From NCBI GenBank assembly GCA_051294375.1, contig JBJCIZ010000883.1, positions 1 through 10,044 of the forward strand: 10,044 nucleotides of DNA, read 5' to 3'. The position numbers and the translations under genes were made by a program. The notes below the pieces were generated by a model that was not told the DNA's origin, did not search any database, and saw only the letters and a program-made list of their open reading frames with translations. This document shows, piece after piece, positions 8,647-10,044 of this stretch. Position 1 is the stretch's first letter, and each line of letters begins with the position of its first letter. Source of the stretch: Paraspadella gotoi (lineage: Eukaryota > Animalia > Chaetognatha).

Positions 8647-9719
8647 AATTTTACATTTAGATTAAATAATCAAGACCTTGGCATAATAGCACGACATTTT
8701 CCTATTTTTGATAGTAGGGAAGCCATATAGTGCCACTGGAGTGGACCCTTTATTGACGTGAAGTGAGGCTCAAACGTGACTGTGATGAGGTGCACTATTA
8801 TAGATAGAAAGCATGCCTTTGGCGCGACGGAGAATCACTGCATCGTGTTCAGTGCGACTTTAAGCCTAAAGTAGGATAGATTAGAAGAGATGTAAATGAG
8901 TGTGTATAACGGTCCTATATATAATACAAACTCAAAAGAACCTGTCCAAAAAATAATACAAAGCTCAAGAGGGATCAGATTCGAGTTTACTCTTACTATA
9001 TATTAATGTGTGCCACTGATTGAAGATTAACGTCACAACCCATACAGACGACGAACTCTACAATAGGACAAAAAGAGCGCTCACTATTGATGACAATAAT
9101 AATTTAGTAAAAGTGAAACCTACTTATTCAGAAACTCTGAATGATGTCGTAAGCTTCGGACATAACAACAAATTTGACGCTCTGAGAAAAATGACTTCGA
9201 AATTGACTAGGGGGCAGCGATGGAGGTATAAGCGGCTCCTCTCTTGAATGTGCACATCACTATAGCATCAATCCTTTGTGCACTAGGACGGCGCTTAAGG
9301 CGGAAATTTCTTTTATAGCCCCTCGATTCATAGAGTGTGTATATCTCTCACATAACGTGATAAACCTCTGGAAATATAGAGATATAGTTGCCTCGTGAGG
9401 GGCTATGTAATTCTGATAATTAAGATTTAGAAGCAAACGAGGACGAAGGCGAATTTAAGCTTTCAATGTCCATTGCCAAATGGACCGCGGTTGCTTGGGA
9501 CTATTGTGAGGGAATTTTTAGTAAACTATGAACAAATACGGATAGACAATCAATCAAATCTTAGGTGATTACGCAGAGAAGTGCTATAAAAGAATGAATG
9601 TTATTGTAAAAAATACTCGAAATTGGCTGACTATGTTTAAAATAACAGGCCCCCTTCAGTTGCTCAGTAACATTGCAACAATTCTCACCAATATATTGTC
9701 GATAAGATATATAATATAA
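8647..9719 (+). pseudogene. Possible decayed coding sequence of unknown identity
   Basis: Near-contiguous + strand open frames in complex AT-rich DNA: 8647-9003 (frame 1, four internal stops), 9020-9247, 9207-9395, 9424-9528 and 9546-9716. I recognise no family motif. Confidence 0.3.
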
Positions 9720-10044
9720 TTTTGCATAGAATTTTTAAATATAAATTTCTATTTTCACGGTTTCCCTTGGATATAACAGAAATTTAACGACTAAAAATCT
9801 AGGTGATATAATAAAAACTAATAACAAGAGATATTCTGGAAAAAAATTATATACCGTAACTAGACCTCGTGAGATAATCTAGACGAACCTTTTCACGTTT
9901 TTATCTATATGATCAATAGACTAGATAGTTAATGATATAGCTACGACTCAGAGTGAATAAAATCTTGTTTATAAAAAAATCGAGCGGAAATTCAACTAAA
10001 AGAAACATCGTCAACGGATAAATTTCTAAATAAAAAAAGTGAAT

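Noticed and set aside
7147-9037. Solo LTR bounded by TGTGACG (7147) ... CGTCACA (9031-9037)
   Set aside because: Only a 7-bp inverted match; the flanks (ctctc / accca) do not form a TSD, and the right end falls within the 9020 open frame.

Overview
Eukaryotic repeat-rich DNA with an assembly gap (188 N, 1762-1949). Positions ~240-4489 on the + strand are the pol region of a BEL/Pao (Belpaoviridae) LTR retrotransposon, in the canonical order aspartic protease - RT - connection/RNase H - HHCC/DDE integrase - DUF5641-like C-terminus, ending at TAA 4487-4489. The frame is broken by many single-base indels, many in homopolymer runs, while the visible catalytic residues are retained, so much of the 'decay' may be read error. 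A candidate 3' LTR (~4525-6049) follows, then strand-asymmetric low-complexity DNA (6050-~8200). A possible second decayed + strand coding relic of unknown identity lies at ~8647-9719. No host gene, RNA gene or prokaryotic system is supported, and I cannot demonstrate a new system here; the findings are leads.
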